Made by a program: the position numbers and the translations under genes. Below the pieces are notes generated by a model that ran no database searches, had not been told where the DNA came from, and saw nothing but the letters and a program-made list of their open reading frames with translations. This document shows, piece after piece, positions 1-9,255 of a stretch of 64,000 bases of DNA. The DNA is from Elusimicrobiales bacterium (GTDB lineage Bacteria > Elusimicrobiota > Elusimicrobia > Elusimicrobiales > UBA9959), in contig JBBRDG010000003.1 of NCBI GenBank assembly GCA_038204165.1, forward strand, positions 929-64,928. Direction: 5' to 3'. Position 1 is the first letter of the stretch. Each line of letters opens with the position of its first letter.

Positions 1-1245
1 GTGATATTAAACCCTGATATGTCTACAGAATTTTTTATTGCCCGCAGGTACTTGCTGGCGAAGAGGAAGGGCCTCTTCGCCATGATCACTACTTTTATAG
101 GCGTGGCGGGGGTGGCGCTGGGCGTGGCCGCGCTGATCGTGACGCTGGCCATCATGGACGGTTTCCAGTCCGACATCAAGAAGAAGATCATGGACGCGCA
201 GGCGCATATTACCGTGTACGGGCGCATGCAGCCGCGCGATATGGAAATAGCGCGGGCCGCCCTGGGCAAGGACAAGCGCATCGCCGCCGAATCACCTTTC
301 GTACTGGGCCAGGGCATCCTGACCTTCGAGAACCGCTCCACCGGAGTGGTGGTTAAGGGATTTGATCCCGCCGCCGAGTTCGCGGTTAACAATCTTGAAA
401 AGTCCCTGACCCGCGGTTCCTGGGACGCGCTGGAAAAGCCTGAGAAGGACGTTCCCCCGGCGGTGGTGCTGGGCGAGGAGTTGGCCAAAAATCTAGGGGT
501 CTGGGTGGGCGACGACGCCGTGCTTGTCTCCCCGCAGGGCGCTTCCACCGCCATGGGCCTGCTGCCCAAGATGCGGAAATTCAGGGTAGTCGGGCTGGTG
601 CGCACCGGTTATTACGAATTCGACAATACCATGGCCTACTGCTCCATCAAGTCCGCCGAGGATTTTTTCAACATGGGCGCCGGGGCCAACGGCTTCGGCC
701 TGAGGCTTAACGATATCGACGACGCCGGCCCGGCCGCCGCCGACCTGCGCAAGGCGCTGGGGTTCACCTATACAGTAAAAACCTACGCCGACATGAACCA
801 GACCCTGTTCGCCGCGCTGAAACTGGAGAAGTTCGTGATGTCTTTGGTGCTGGCGCTGATCATCCTGGTGGCCACTTTCAATATCGCCTCCAACCTGCTG
901 ATGATGAGCGTGGAGAAGCTGCGTGACATCGGCATCCTGCGGGCGATGGGCGCCGGCCCGGCTTTCATCCGCCGGGTCTTCTTCTGGGAGGGCAACCTTA
1001 TAGCGGTGACCGGCATTACGCTGGGCGTGCTGTTGGGCGTCGGCCTCTCCGTTTTCATCTCGGTCTACCCGGTGGTGGAGTTGCCGGCCGATATTTATTA
1101 CGTGACCAAGGTGCCGGTAGAACTTAAGTTTATCAACATTTTGTGGACCGTGCTGGTCAGCTATATCCTATGTATGCTGAGCGCGGTCTACCCCGCGCTG
1201 CGGGCTTCCAGGGTGAGCCCGGTGGACGCGATACGCTATGGATAA
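1..1245 (+). CDS. LolC/LolE-family lipoprotein-release ABC permease (MacB/FtsX-type)
   Basis: 414-aa ORF with an N-terminal FFIARRYL motif and TM helix, a large periplasmic loop, and three C-terminal TM helices. It overlaps the LolD-like ATPase by 8 nt. The ORF touches the window edge (GTG at 1); ATG at 19 (MSTEFFIARRYL) is an equally plausible start. Confidence 0.85.
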   Translation: MILNPDMSTEFFIARRYLLAKRKGLFAMITTFIGVAGVALGVAALIVTLAIMDGFQSDIKKKIMDAQAHITVYGRMQPRDMEIARAALGKDKRIAAESPFVLGQGILTFENRSTGVVVKGFDPAAEFAVNNLEKSLTRGSWDALEKPEKDVPPAVVLGEELAKNLGVWVGDDAVLVSPQGASTAMGLLPKMRKFRVVGLVRTGYYEFDNTMAYCSIKSAEDFFNMGAGANGFGLRLNDIDDAGPAAADLRKALGFTYTVKTYADMNQTLFAALKLEKFVMSLVLALIILVATFNIASNLLMMSVEKLRDIGILRAMGAGPAFIRRVFFWEGNLIAVTGITLGVLLGVGLSVFISVYPVVELPADIYYVTKVPVELKFINILWTVLVSYILCMLSAVYPALRASRVSPVDAIRYG

Positions 1246-1912
1246 AATAGTAGAGATCTCCGGCCTGAGCAAGGCTTATACCCAGGGACACGAGCAGATC
1301 CTCGTGCTCGAGAATCTCGATTTTTCCATTTCAAGAGGGGAGTTTATCTCTATCGTCGGCCCGTCGGGTTCGGGCAAGTCCACCTTTCTTAATATCATCG
1401 GCCTGCTGGACGACGTTTACAGCGGCGAGATCCGGCTTTTTGGCAGCCGTCTGGAAGACCTGGATGAGGCACAGAAAGCCGTGCTGCGCCTGAAGAATAT
1501 CGGTTTTGTTTTCCAGTTCGATTCGCTGCTGCCTGAGTTTACGGTGTTGGAGAATATAGAAATGCCGGCCCGCGTGCTTGGCGGCTATACCCCCGGCCGG
1601 GGCATGGAACTGTTGAAACGTTTTGAACTGGAAGTCATCGCCCACAAGTTCCCTATGGAGATCTCGGGCGGGGAGAAGCAGCGGGCCGCCATGCTGCGCG
1701 CGCTCCGCAACAATCCCGCGCTACTTATCGCCGACGAGCCCACCGGCAACCTGGACCGCCACAATTCAGGGGTGATCCTGGATGACCTGAAGCGCGCGGC
1801 GGCCTCCGGCACGGCCGTGCTGATGGTAACGCATAACGAAGAAGCTGCCCGCCGCGCAGACCGCATGCTGCGGATGGCGGGCGGGCGGCTGGAGAAACTG
1901 GGGGCGGTTTAA
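1238..1912 (+). CDS. lolD: Lipoprotein-releasing ABC transporter ATP-binding protein
   Basis: Walker A GPSGSGKST, ABC signature ISGGEKQR, Walker B LLIADEPTGNLD, H-loop VTHN. Translationally coupled to the upstream FtsX-type permease. Confidence 0.88.
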   Translation: MDKIVEISGLSKAYTQGHEQILVLENLDFSISRGEFISIVGPSGSGKSTFLNIIGLLDDVYSGEIRLFGSRLEDLDEAQKAVLRLKNIGFVFQFDSLLPEFTVLENIEMPARVLGGYTPGRGMELLKRFELEVIAHKFPMEISGGEKQRAAMLRALRNNPALLIADEPTGNLDRHNSGVILDDLKRAAASGTAVLMVTHNEEAARRADRMLRMAGGRLEKLGAV

Positions 1913-1941
1913 GCGCCGCTTCCGCGGACCTTTCGACTATC

Positions 1942-2460
1942 ATGAAACTTTGCGAAGAATGCAACAAGGCGGCCGCGTCCGTCTTTCTCAAACTCGCCGT
2001 TAACAATAAGGTGACGGAGACCCATCTTTGTCAGGCCTGCGCCGCAAAGAAAGGCATGGGCCTGGGGCTGGAGACCGGGGCTTTCAATATCTCCGATATT
2101 GTCGGCAACATTAACGGCTACTTTAAAGATTTCCTGCCGCCCGAGCGCCGGACGCTGCGCTGCGGTTCCTGCGGCCTGAAGTATTCCGAATTCAAGGAAA
2201 GCGGCAAACTGGGCTGCCTGGACTGCTATAAAAGTTTCGAGGCGCAGCTTACCGAGCTGATGACGCGCATCCACGGCGCCGCGCAGCACGCCGGCCGCGT
2301 TTACGACGGCGGCGCCAGGCTTAAGCTGTCGCGCGCCGAGACGGCCAGGCGGATGAAGGAACTGAAAGAGGCGCTGAAGGCGACATTGGCCAAAGAGGAT
2401 TTTGAAGGCGCGGCGCGCATTCGCGACGCTATGAAGGAGCTGGGCCCCCGCCATGGCTGA
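1942..2460 (+). CDS. mcsA: McsA-like protein arginine kinase activator (UvrB/UvrC-motif protein)
   Basis: 172 aa. Cys pairs CEEC...CQAC and CGSC...CLDC, plus a C-terminal UVR-like helix (EDFEGAARIRDAMKEL). Overlaps mcsB by 8 nt. Confidence 0.75.
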   Translation: MKLCEECNKAAASVFLKLAVNNKVTETHLCQACAAKKGMGLGLETGAFNISDIVGNINGYFKDFLPPERRTLRCGSCGLKYSEFKESGKLGCLDCYKSFEAQLTELMTRIHGAAQHAGRVYDGGARLKLSRAETARRMKELKEALKATLAKEDFEGAARIRDAMKELGPRHG

Positions 2461-3505
2461 CCTCGTAAAAGCTTTTCGTCCCTACATTACCTGGGCCAAC
2501 GCGCGCGGCGCCTGGCCCGACATGATTTTCTCCACGCGGGTCCGCTTCGCCCGCAACCTGGAGGGTTTCCCTTTTCCCAACCGCGCCGAACCGCGCCAGT
2601 TGGCGGAGATCCGCCGCCTGGCCCTGGCCGCCGCCCGGGACAGCGGGCTTTTTACGCGCGGGCATTTAATAAAGATTGAGGCGCTGGATCAGTTGGAAAA
2701 AAGATTTCTGGTGGAGCGGCATCATGTGTCGCACGCGCTGGCCGCCTCGGTGCTGCCCTCCGGCGCGGCGGTGTCTAACGACGAAGATTTTTCGGTGATG
2801 GTTAATGAAGAGGATCACCTGCGCCTGCAGTGCCTTAGCTCCGGTTTCGCCATTGAGGAAGCTTTCAGCGCCGCGTTGAAGCTGGACGAGACGCTGGGCC
2901 GGGCGCTGCCTTTCGCCTACCGCGCCAACTTCGGCTTCCTTACCGCCTGCCCCACCAATACCGGCACCGGCATGCGGGTCTCCTGCCTGGCCCACCTGCC
3001 GGCGCTTTCACGCCTGGGCAGGATGCCACAGGTGCTGGAAAGCCTGTCGCACCTGGGCGTGACCGCGCGCGGCATTTACGGCGAGGGCACCTACGTGCTG
3101 GGAGATTTCTACCAGATCTCCAACGCCGCCTGCCTGGGCCGCAGCGAAGAGGACTTCTGCCAGAACATCGACCGCGTGATCCGCAATCTGATCCGCCAGG
3201 AGATTTCCGCCCGCGAGGATATGCTTAAAGGGAGCATGAAGCTCAAGACCGAGGACGCGGTGTACCGGGCGCTCGGTCTGCTTAGACACGCCCGCTCCCT
3301 TTCCTACGAAGAATTCATGCAGAACCTCTCGCTGGCCCGCATGGGCGCCGCCATGGGTTGGGATATCGGAGTGGATTTCAGCACCTTCAACCAGATCACG
3401 CTGCTGCTGCAGCCGGCCCACCTGCAGGCCGCCGCGGGGCGCCCGCTGCCCCCGGAAGCCCGCGACGCTTTCCGCGCCGACTACCTAAGAAAAAAACTGG
3501 CCTGA
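2453..3505 (+). CDS. mcsB: Protein arginine kinase (ATP:guanido phosphotransferase)
   Basis: 350 aa. Guanidino-kinase signature CPTNTGTGMR and an EEDHLR motif; the length and pairing with McsA are typical. Confidence 0.9.
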   Translation: MADLVKAFRPYITWANARGAWPDMIFSTRVRFARNLEGFPFPNRAEPRQLAEIRRLALAAARDSGLFTRGHLIKIEALDQLEKRFLVERHHVSHALAASVLPSGAAVSNDEDFSVMVNEEDHLRLQCLSSGFAIEEAFSAALKLDETLGRALPFAYRANFGFLTACPTNTGTGMRVSCLAHLPALSRLGRMPQVLESLSHLGVTARGIYGEGTYVLGDFYQISNAACLGRSEEDFCQNIDRVIRNLIRQEISAREDMLKGSMKLKTEDAVYRALGLLRHARSLSYEEFMQNLSLARMGAAMGWDIGVDFSTFNQITLLLQPAHLQAAAGRPLPPEARDAFRADYLRKKLA

Positions 3506-3516
3506 CCTTTGGGCCC

Positions 3517-3544
3517 TTGACAATTATCTTTAATCTGCTAAAAA
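3517..3544 (+). promoter_or_regulatory. Sigma70-type promoter of the amylase gene (extended -10)
   Basis: TTGACA at 3517-3522, a 16-nt spacer, and TGc + TAAAAA at 3536-3544. Only 10 nt separate the -10 hexamer from the ATG at 3555. Confidence 0.5.
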
Positions 3545-3554
3545 ATAAGCAAGG

Positions 3555-4823
3555 ATGATAAAACGCCTCCTTGCGGTAATTATTTTTAGCGCGGGCCTGC
3601 TTTCGTGGCAGGGCCAGTCCCTTTGCGCCGCCACGGTTGGGTGGAGGCCCGAACAAACCAGGGGTGCCGGAGACCCTGCTGTTATGCTCCAGGGGTTCCA
3701 GTGGACTTCCTGGAAGACCGCTCCTTGGTGGGGGGAAGTTAAAAAGCGCGCCGGAGAAATTTCAAAGGCCGGGATAAGCCTGGTTTGGCTGCCGCCCTCC
3801 TCGGATTCAGCTTCTCCCGAAGGCTACATGCCGCGCAGGCTGGCGGTGCAGGATTCCAGCTACGGCACCGAAGAGCAGCTTGCGGCCGCCATAAAGGCCC
3901 TGCACGGCGGCGGGGTGAAAGTGCTGGCCGATATTGTGCTAAACCACAGGGTGGGAACCAAGGGCTGGGCGGATTTTACCGAGCCGGCCTGGGGCCCGGA
4001 CTCGGTTTGCTCGGACGATGAATGGGCCCAGGGCAAGGGCGCGGCGGATACCGGTAAGGGGGTGCCTTTCGCCCGCGACATCGACCATACCAGGGGTTAC
4101 GTGCAGAATTCTGTGAAAGCCTGGATGAATGGGCTTAAGAATACTACAGGTTACGACGGATGGCGCTACGATTACGCGCGCGGCTTCGCACCCGGCTACC
4201 TGCAGGCCTACAACAGGGCCACCAACCCTTCCTTTGCGGTGGCCGAGATCTGGGACGACCTGGACCTTAACAATACCGACGCGCACCGTCAGGCCTCGGT
4301 TAACTGGCTGGACTCGGTGAACGGTGAAATAAAGGTTTTCGATTTCACTACCAAGGGTATACTTCAGCAGGCCGTCGGTGCCGGGGAGTACTGGCGCCTG
4401 GCGGATTCCGTCGGCAAGCCTTCCGGCCTTATCGGCTGGTGGCCGGCCAACGCGGTGACCTTCATTGAGAATCACGATACCAGTCCCAGCTCCAAACCTG
4501 CGGCAAGGGCCTGGCCTTTTCCTTCGGACAAGGTGCTGGCGGGGTACGCTTACATCCTTACGCATCCCGGCATCCCCTGCATCTTCTGGCCGCATTTTTT
4601 CGACTGGGGTATTAAGGACTCTCTTTCCGCGCTGATAAAGATCCGCCGCGCTTCCGGCCTTACCTCCACCAGTTCCGTGAACATCCTTAAAGCCGAGCAG
4701 GGTTTGTATGCGGCCGTAATTGATGGTAAGGTGGCTATGAAGCTTGGTGATAAAACCTGGGATCCAGGCGCCGGCTGGAAGCCGGCCGCGGAAGGCCGAT
4801 CCTACACAGTTTGGACCAAATAA
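3555..4823 (+). CDS. Exported GH13 alpha-amylase (short, plant/archaeal-like type)
   Basis: Signal peptide MIKRLLAVIIFSAGLLSWQGQSLCA. GH13 regions DIVLNHR, GWRYDYARG, AEIWD, FIENHDT. Confidence 0.9.
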   Translation: MIKRLLAVIIFSAGLLSWQGQSLCAATVGWRPEQTRGAGDPAVMLQGFQWTSWKTAPWWGEVKKRAGEISKAGISLVWLPPSSDSASPEGYMPRRLAVQDSSYGTEEQLAAAIKALHGGGVKVLADIVLNHRVGTKGWADFTEPAWGPDSVCSDDEWAQGKGAADTGKGVPFARDIDHTRGYVQNSVKAWMNGLKNTTGYDGWRYDYARGFAPGYLQAYNRATNPSFAVAEIWDDLDLNNTDAHRQASVNWLDSVNGEIKVFDFTTKGILQQAVGAGEYWRLADSVGKPSGLIGWWPANAVTFIENHDTSPSSKPAARAWPFPSDKVLAGYAYILTHPGIPCIFWPHFFDWGIKDSLSALIKIRRASGLTSTSSVNILKAEQGLYAAVIDGKVAMKLGDKTWDPGAGWKPAAEGRSYTVWTK

Positions 4824-4894
4824 TCTGCCCTGCCCTGGCACAGAGCTCCACCTGCCAGTTGCATTGCGGCGCTATTTATAATTAAATAGTAACC

Positions 4895-5692
4895 ATGTAT
4901 CAGAAGCACTGGAACCTTAAGAAGCTGCCTTTCGAGAATACCCCCGACACCGAGTTCTTTTTCGAGTCAGAAGCGCACGAAGAAGCCTTCTCCAGGCTTT
5001 CTTACGTGATCGAGGAGAAAAAGGCCTGCGGCGTGCTGACCGGGGCCTACGGCACCGGCAAAACCCTTATCCTGAAATCACTCGAACGCCAGTTCAAGAA
5101 GAAAGGCTATGTGTTCTCCTCGGTCCAGAACCCGCGGCTCGACGACCTAGGGCTGCTGAAGATAATCCTGCACAATTTTACCGGCTACAACGTCCCGAAG
5201 AGCAAAGAGGACGTGCTGATGGGGATAGAGCGCTTCCTGCGCGATACTTTCCAGGACGGCAAGCACGTGGTGGTGGCTATCGACGAGGCCCAGCTGATCA
5301 ACGATGAAAACGTTTTCGAGGAGCTGCGCCTGCTGCTCAATTTTCAGACCGAGACCAGGTTCCTGCTCACGCTGATCCTCAGCGGCCAGCCCGAGCTCAG
5401 GGAAAAACTGGATTCCAACAAGCAGTTCAGCCAGCGTGTAACGCTGAGCTACCACCTGAAGCCTCTCAACTACGCAGAAACTGTGAAGTACCTGATGCAC
5501 AGGCTTGAGGTCGCCGGCTTGGCGGAGAATATCTTTGACGAAAAGGCCATGGAACTTATCTTTGAAAGATCAGGCGGCATTCCGCGCCAGATCAATAACC
5601 TGGCCAACATGAGTATGCTGGCCGCCTTCTCCAAGGGGGAGAAGGCGATTACCGAGGCGCTGGTGCAGGAAGGCTTTGAGAGCAGTAGGTAG
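4895..5692 (+). CDS. ExeA/GspA-like AAA ATPase
   Basis: 265 aa. Walker A GAYGTGKT and Walker B VVVAIDEAQ; the N-terminus (LPFENTPDTEFFFESEAHEEA) is typical of the ExeA family (COG3267). Confidence 0.75.
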   Translation: MYQKHWNLKKLPFENTPDTEFFFESEAHEEAFSRLSYVIEEKKACGVLTGAYGTGKTLILKSLERQFKKKGYVFSSVQNPRLDDLGLLKIILHNFTGYNVPKSKEDVLMGIERFLRDTFQDGKHVVVAIDEAQLINDENVFEELRLLLNFQTETRFLLTLILSGQPELREKLDSNKQFSQRVTLSYHLKPLNYAETVKYLMHRLEVAGLAENIFDEKAMELIFERSGGIPRQINNLANMSMLAAFSKGEKAITEALVQEGFESSR

Positions 5693-5707
5693 TTTGGGAA
5701 ATAAACT

Positions 5708-6337
5708 ATGAAAATACTCGGAATCGGCGCTCATCCTGACGACCTGGAATTCGGCTGCGGCGGCACTTTCTCTAAACTTTCGGCCGCCGGGCACAAGCTT
5801 CATATGCTGGTAATGACCCGCGGCTCCGTAGGCGGCGATCCGCGCCTGCGCCTGGCTGAACAGGAAAAGTCCGCCGCCGCGCTGAAGGCCAAGCTTTACT
5901 GGGGCGGGTTCGAGGATACCGGCGTAACGCTAACGCGGGAGCTGATCCGCGCCGTAGAGCTAAAGATAGACGCCATCCAGCCGGACATGGTCTTTGTGAA
6001 CCACGTCGCCGACACGCACCAGGACCACCGCAACGTTTCCCGCGCCGTAGAGACGGCCGCCCGCTATATGAAGAACCTCCTGTTCTACGAGGTTCCCACC
6101 ACAATGGGCTTCAACCCCTGCATCTTCGTGGACATTGGGCCGGTAATAACAAAAAAAGTGGCGCTGCTCAAGTGCCACCGCTCGCAGGTTTATAAGACGC
6201 GTGTAAAGAATCTTTCCATAGTTGAAAGCGCCAAGGCCGCGGCCATGTTCCGCGGCTATCAGGACCGGGTTAAATACGCCGAGGGTTTCGAAGCCCGCCG
6301 CCTGCTCCTTGATCAGGTGCTGGGTTCTAAAAAATGA
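5708..6337 (+). CDS. PIG-L/LmbE-family N-acetylglucosaminyl deacetylase
   Basis: 209 aa with the GAHPDDLEFGCGGT motif (AHPDD zinc site) and a downstream HQDH. Confidence 0.85.
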   Translation: MKILGIGAHPDDLEFGCGGTFSKLSAAGHKLHMLVMTRGSVGGDPRLRLAEQEKSAAALKAKLYWGGFEDTGVTLTRELIRAVELKIDAIQPDMVFVNHVADTHQDHRNVSRAVETAARYMKNLLFYEVPTTMGFNPCIFVDIGPVITKKVALLKCHRSQVYKTRVKNLSIVESAKAAAMFRGYQDRVKYAEGFEARRLLLDQVLGSKK

Positions 6338-7494
6338 CAAAGCGGCCGCCTGGTTTATTCTCCTTTTTCGTCTTGCTCGTTCTATTGGCCCTGCTGCCGC
6401 CGGGTGGTTTTTCGGCCTGGACCTGGACCGAGGGCCTGCGCTGGTTCTACCTTTTTCTTATAGCGATGTCCGCCGTGTTCGTGCTGGCCCCCGCCAGCGC
6501 CTGGCTAGCCGTGCGGATAGGCGCCATGGACATGCCCAACGCCAGGAAAGTGCACTCGGCCCCGGTGCCTCGCATCGGGGGCGCGGCGGTCTACCTGGCC
6601 TTCATGGCCGCCATGCTTCGCAATCAGCAGTTTCCGCGCGAGATCTTCGGCATCATGCTCGGCGGCACCATCATCTTCGCACTGGGGTTCATGGACGACT
6701 GGAAGGGCCTTTCAGCCGGAAAACGCCTCTTCTGGCAGGTTGCTGCGGCCCTCGTGGTCACGTTCTTCGGCCTCAAACTCAGCCTCCCGTCCTGGGTGCC
6801 TTTAGCCGACCTGGTATCCACCGTTCTTTCGGTGGTCTGGCTGGTGGGGATAGTTAACGCCTTCAACTTCATGGACGGTATCGACGGGCTGGCTTCCAGC
6901 ATGGGCGCGGTCTGCGCGCTGCTCTTCCTGGGCATAGGCTGGAATTCCAGCCAGTACCCGCTCTCCTTCATCTCGGCGGCGCTGGCCGGCTCCTGCGCCG
7001 GTTTCCTGCGCGTGAACTGGCGGCCAGCGCGCGTTTTCCTGGGCGATTCCGGGTCCACTTTTATCGGCTTTATCCTGGGCTGTCTGGCGCTTTACGGCAG
7101 CTGGGCTACCAATAACCCGGCCATTTCCCTGTCCACGCCGCTGCTGGTGCTGGGGATCCCGATCTTCGACATTATTTATACCACGGTGTCGCGAGTGCGC
7201 AACGGCAGCGTAACTAACGTTAAAGAGTGGCTGGAATACGCGGGCAAGGACCACTTTCACCACCGGCTGATGAAGCTGGGTTTGAATGTACAGCAGACCG
7301 TGGGTTTTATAGTGCTCCTGAATATCTGCCTGGGCCTGGGCGCGTGGACGATCCGCCACACCGTTTCCAGGCTGGGCACAGTGCTGCTGCTCACGCAGAG
7401 CGTGCTGATCTTCCTGATAGTGATCATACTGATGCTGCTCGGCCGGGAAAGGACCGAGCAAAAGGATAAACACCATGAAAGACTCGATCATTAA
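6334..7494 (+). CDS. MraY/WecA-family polyprenyl-phosphate N-acetylhexosamine-1-phosphate transferase (GT4)
   Basis: 386 aa, polytopic. Motifs NAFNFMDGIDGLA and FLGDSGSTFIGF. 4-nt ATGA overlap with the PIG-L gene. Confidence 0.85.
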   Translation: MTKRPPGLFSFFVLLVLLALLPPGGFSAWTWTEGLRWFYLFLIAMSAVFVLAPASAWLAVRIGAMDMPNARKVHSAPVPRIGGAAVYLAFMAAMLRNQQFPREIFGIMLGGTIIFALGFMDDWKGLSAGKRLFWQVAAALVVTFFGLKLSLPSWVPLADLVSTVLSVVWLVGIVNAFNFMDGIDGLASSMGAVCALLFLGIGWNSSQYPLSFISAALAGSCAGFLRVNWRPARVFLGDSGSTFIGFILGCLALYGSWATNNPAISLSTPLLVLGIPIFDIIYTTVSRVRNGSVTNVKEWLEYAGKDHFHHRLMKLGLNVQQTVGFIVLLNICLGLGAWTIRHTVSRLGTVLLLTQSVLIFLIVIILMLLGRERTEQKDKHHERLDH

Positions 7495-8560
7495 AAAATT
7501 CTCCGTTAAGGAGCTGGACGCCGAGCTGTTCACGCCGTTCACCATTTCTACCGGCAGCCACCGCAGCCTGGAAAACCTCGTGTTCACGCTGGAAGCGGCG
7601 GGCGGGGTGAAGGGTTACGGCGAAGCCGCCATCGCCACGCATATAACCGGCGAGACCCGCGAGCGCACCGCCAAAAGCCTGCGCCGGGCGGGGGAACTGC
7701 TGACCGGCCTGAATATGGATAATTACCTGGGCGCGCTCTGCAAACTGGAAGAAGCGCTCGACGGCAACAGGGCGGCCCTGGCGGCGGCGCAGATGGCCGT
7801 GCTGGACCTGACCTGCCGCCTGCAGGGCGTGTCGCTGTGGAAATTTTTCGGCGGCAGGACCCCCGCGCTGAAGACCGACATCACGGTAGTGATAGGCGGG
7901 GCGGACGCGGCCCTGAGCTTCACCAAAAAAATGCGCGCGCGCGGCTTCAAAATCTTCAAAGTAAAGACCGGCTCGGACATGGACGAGGACTTCAGGCGCC
8001 TGGAGGCCGTGAAGGCAGCGGCGCCCGGCTGTGCCATCTATCTGGACGCCAACTGCGCCTACGGGGCCAAAGAGGCGGAGAAGTTCATCGCCAAGCTGGC
8101 CGCTCGCGGCATCAGGCCCGCGGTGCTGGAGCAGCCCGTGGCCAAGGACGACCTGGACGGCCTCGCCTACCTTTCCCGCAAGCTCTCCATGCCGGTCTGC
8201 GCCGACGAGTCGGCCTATTCTCTCGACGACGTTTTTCGGATGATCCGCGCCGGAACCGTTACCGCGGTGAACATAAAACTTACGAAACTGGGCTTTCTGC
8301 GCGCCCGCGAGGTGTGGGCCCTGGCTCGCGCCAAAGGCGTGAAGCTGATGATGGGCGAGATGCTGGAGAGCGAGCTGGCCTCGGCCGCGGCCGCGGCTTT
8401 CGCCGGCGGGCTGGGCGGGATAGATTTTACCGATCTGGACACGCCGTTCTTCATCAAGGACAGCGGCATGACCGGCGCCGGCTTCCTTTCCCGGGACGGG
8501 GTTTATTCCCTGGACCGCGTTAAGGCCGGGATCGGCGTACTGCCCCGGGGAGAGAAATGA
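7475..8560 (+). CDS. Dipeptide epimerase (L-Ala-D/L-Glu epimerase-like, enolase superfamily)
   Basis: 361 aa. Enolase-superfamily metal and acid/base positions (KVKTG, YLDANCAY, LEQPV, CADES). The N-terminal capping domain is typical of MLE-subgroup epimerases. Confidence 0.8.
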   Translation: MKDSIIKKFSVKELDAELFTPFTISTGSHRSLENLVFTLEAAGGVKGYGEAAIATHITGETRERTAKSLRRAGELLTGLNMDNYLGALCKLEEALDGNRAALAAAQMAVLDLTCRLQGVSLWKFFGGRTPALKTDITVVIGGADAALSFTKKMRARGFKIFKVKTGSDMDEDFRRLEAVKAAAPGCAIYLDANCAYGAKEAEKFIAKLAARGIRPAVLEQPVAKDDLDGLAYLSRKLSMPVCADESAYSLDDVFRMIRAGTVTAVNIKLTKLGFLRAREVWALARAKGVKLMMGEMLESELASAAAAAFAGGLGGIDFTDLDTPFFIKDSGMTGAGFLSRDGVYSLDRVKAGIGVLPRGEK

Positions 8561-9216
8561 AGCTGACCCGGGCGCTTGCTTTCTTACTGGTCTGCGCCCT
8601 GGCGCGGGCCGCGGCGGCGCAGCCCGCCGCCCTGCCGGGGCTTGAGGACCTCCCCGAGCCCACCAGGTACCTGGCCGGGTACGTTACCGCCGGCGGAGGC
8701 GTGGCCGTGCCTTTCGCCGGGCACTGGGGGGACAAAGACGCCGGGTTCAAACCTTCCCGGGCTTTCAGCCTGGCCGCCTCGAAACGGGTAGACGAGGTGC
8801 TAAGCTACGGCGTAGAATCGGCGTATTCCCTGAAACACCAGAATCGCACCATTAAGGACCTGGAGCTCAGGCTGTTCTCCCTGACGCCTTTCGCCAGGGT
8901 CTCCTTTCCGCAGGGTGAGACGCTTTATTACGGCATCCTAGGCGCGGGTCTTTACCAGTGGCAGCAGCCGGCCTATACCGCCGCTGGCGCCAGGCACGCT
9001 TCGGATTCCGGCTCCAGCGCAGGGGTAAACCTCGGAGGCGGGGTTTCTTACCCGTTCTGGTGGGGGACAAGGCTGGGGCTTGACCTGCGCTGGCACCATG
9101 TCTTCAACATGAAGGGGAACACCTTCAACCTGAACGCCGCGGATAATATGACCGTCATGCTGGCCCTTCACTACGGGGTCTGGCGGAACAGGGCGGCGGC
9201 CGCCGCGGCGCAGTAG
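8557..9216 (+). CDS. Outer-membrane beta-barrel protein (small OMP)
   Basis: Signal peptide MKLTRALAFLLVCALARAAAA. Alternating amphipathic strands rich in G/Y/S/L; 4-nt overlap with the epimerase gene. Confidence 0.65.
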   Translation: MKLTRALAFLLVCALARAAAAQPAALPGLEDLPEPTRYLAGYVTAGGGVAVPFAGHWGDKDAGFKPSRAFSLAASKRVDEVLSYGVESAYSLKHQNRTIKDLELRLFSLTPFARVSFPQGETLYYGILGAGLYQWQQPAYTAAGARHASDSGSSAGVNLGGGVSYPFWWGTRLGLDLRWHHVFNMKGNTFNLNAADNMTVMLALHYGVWRNRAAAAAAQ

Positions 9217-9220
9217 CCCC

Positions 9221-9249
9221 TTGACAAGTCAAGGCTTTTGTGCTATACT
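9221..9249 (+). promoter_or_regulatory. Consensus sigma70 promoter with a palindromic -35 element
   Basis: TTGACA (9221-9226), a 17-nt spacer, TATACT (9244-9249). The -35 lies inside the inverted repeat CCTTGAC-aa-GTCAAGG, and the same palindrome plus promoter recurs at 28072. Confidence 0.6.
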
Positions 9250-9255
9250 ATCAGT

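Noticed and set aside
6222-6857. 211-aa + strand ORF spanning the PIG-L / GT4 junction in another frame
   Set aside because: An out-of-frame overlap with two motif-supported genes. The product is Arg/Pro/Gly-rich, consistent with an alternative-frame artefact.
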